From Eubacteriales bacterium (lineage in GTDB: Bacteria > Bacillota > Clostridia > Oscillospirales > CAG-272): a DNA stretch of 64,000 nucleotides. Made by a program: the position numbers and the translations under genes. Shown in pieces: positions 62,836-64,000 of the stretch. The stretch lies in contig JAZKZO010000003.1 of assembly GCA_045612665.1 (NCBI GenBank), positions 30,992 to 94,991 on the forward strand, written 5' to 3'. Position 1 is the stretch's first letter, and every line of letters begins with the position of its first letter. Under the pieces are notes generated by a model that worked only from the letters and a program-made list of their open reading frames with translations, was not told the DNA's origin and ran no database searches.

Positions 62836-64000
62836 ATTTGCCCTTAAAAATATGGCGATAAAGAAAATTCAAATTATTCTTGTCGTAATTTCAGTTGTCA
62901 TTTCCGCCGGTGTTGCTATTCTCGCTTTTAACGTTGCTTCGCAAATTGACGACGGAATTTCGGGAAATGCCGGATATTATTCACTTATTGTCGGTCCTGC
63001 CGGTTCAAATACGGACCTTGCAATGAATTCGATGTATTTTACAGGTAATCCAACCGAAACAATCCCCTATTCTTATATTGACACACTTTATAAGGACACT
63101 AACGTCAAGAGGGTTATCCCTCTCGCTATCGGTGGTGGAACTTACAAAAATCAGTATAAGGTTGTAGGTACGTCAGCCGATTTATTCGCTTCTAACAACT
63201 TTGAAGCGGGCGATGCGTTTAATGATAGCGTTGACTGTCAGGTTGTTATAGGATATACCGTTGCGCAAAGAAACAACCTAAAGGTTGGAGATAAGATAAA
63301 AATCGGGCACGGAACTGAGGACCACGGACACGACCTTGAGGTTGTAGGTATTCTCTCTCAAACATATTCTTCCTATGACAATGTAGTATTTACACAGGTT
63401 AAGACTCTTTGGCATTTGCACGAGCACGAGGGTGAGGAGCACGCTCATCACAACGTTTATTCGTTCCTTATAAATACCAAGAATTTAACCGGAGCTTCAG
63501 TGCTTGTAAACAAGCTTAATAACACGGTTATCACCGATGAGCACGGCACTGAATATCCTATTCAAGCAATTGAGCCTATGAACATTGTTCGCGGTGTGCT
63601 TGACGACCTAGGAGATACAAAATATATCACCTTTGTTCTATGCGGAATTATTCTCGCTATGAACATTTTGATAATTTCCATTATCACTCTTCTCAACATG
63701 TACAACTCCAAGAAGGAAATCGCGCTTATGCGTCTTATCGGTATAAGCATGAAGAAAATCAACCTTCTCTACATTATTCAAAACAGCATAATCGGTATCG
63801 TTTCAACAATTCTTGCCTTTGGCGCATCAAGGCTATGCCTATTGTTTATGAGCGATTACGTGCAAAGCATGGGAGTTGTACTCAATTACGGTAAAATTTA
63901 CGGTCTTGAATTTGTAATTCTCGTAGCAGTATTTGTTATAACGGTATTACCTACGGTTATTTGCACCTATTCAATGGCAAGAAAGGATAGCTTGGAGCAA
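62828..64000 (+). CDS. FtsX/MacB-type ABC transporter permease with a histidine-rich extracytoplasmic domain (3' end cut by the window)
   Basis: This ORF is not in the track because it has no stop; I translated it by hand from the ATG 62828, which overlaps the ATPase stop. It gives 391 codons in frame to position 64000. It has an N-terminal TM helix, a large loop containing GHGTEDHGHD and WHLHEHEGEEHAHHN, then FtsX-type helices (LLNMYNSKKEIALMRLIGIS). Confidence 0.75.
   Translation, partial: MFKFALKNMAIKKIQIILVVISVVISAGVAILAFNVASQIDDGISGNAGYYSLIVGPAGSNTDLAMNSMYFTGNPTETIPYSYIDTLYKDTNVKRVIPLAIGGGTYKNQYKVVGTSADLFASNNFEAGDAFNDSVDCQVVIGYTVAQRNNLKVGDKIKIGHGTEDHGHDLEVVGILSQTYSSYDNVVFTQVKTLWHLHEHEGEEHAHHNVYSFLINTKNLTGASVLVNKLNNTVITDEHGTEYPIQAIEPMNIVRGVLDDLGDTKYITFVLCGIILAMNILIISIITLLNMYNSKKEIALMRLIGISMKKINLLYIIQNSIIGIVSTILAFGASRLCLLFMSDYVQSMGVVLNYGKIYGLEFVILVAVFVITVLPTVICTYSMARKDSLEQ

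Overview
This is a 64-kb chromosomal segment from a low-GC, endospore-forming Firmicute of the class Clostridia. That inference rests on the sporulation genes dpaA/dpaB, gpr, ytfI/ytfJ and a dacB/dacF-like carboxypeptidase. All calls come from reading the ORF track and the sequence by eye; no database search was run. The window is densely packed with about 60 mostly housekeeping CDS: secA, polA, ispE, guaB, eno, dnaX-ybaB-recR, lon-engB, scpA-scpB, birA-bioY, rqcH, several RNA-modification enzymes and an ABC-type glycopolymer export cluster. RNA features are one tRNA with a CAU anticodon (probably tRNA-Ile2), a long Bacillus-type SRP RNA upstream of dnaX, and a THF riboswitch in front of a fused folT-folC gene. 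I saw no transposase, integrase, prophage or CRISPR array. Six things deserve a second look. (1) A 717-aa membrane protein keeps the spacing of a P1B-type ATPase but has every catalytic motif replaced, and it sits in an operon with the TIGR03960/TIGR03936 radical-SAM pair. (2) A Fur-box-controlled operon encodes an ArsP_2-like permease plus a MacB-type ABC transporter with histidine-rich loops; it is cut by the window end. (3) Two unknown polytopic membrane proteins are translationally coupled to secA. (4) The THF-riboswitch-controlled FolT-FolC fusion. (5) The tRNA 3' end is triplicated, with a duplicated terminator module. (6) A GAATTC-centred AT-rich palindrome recurs beside terminators at four loci.
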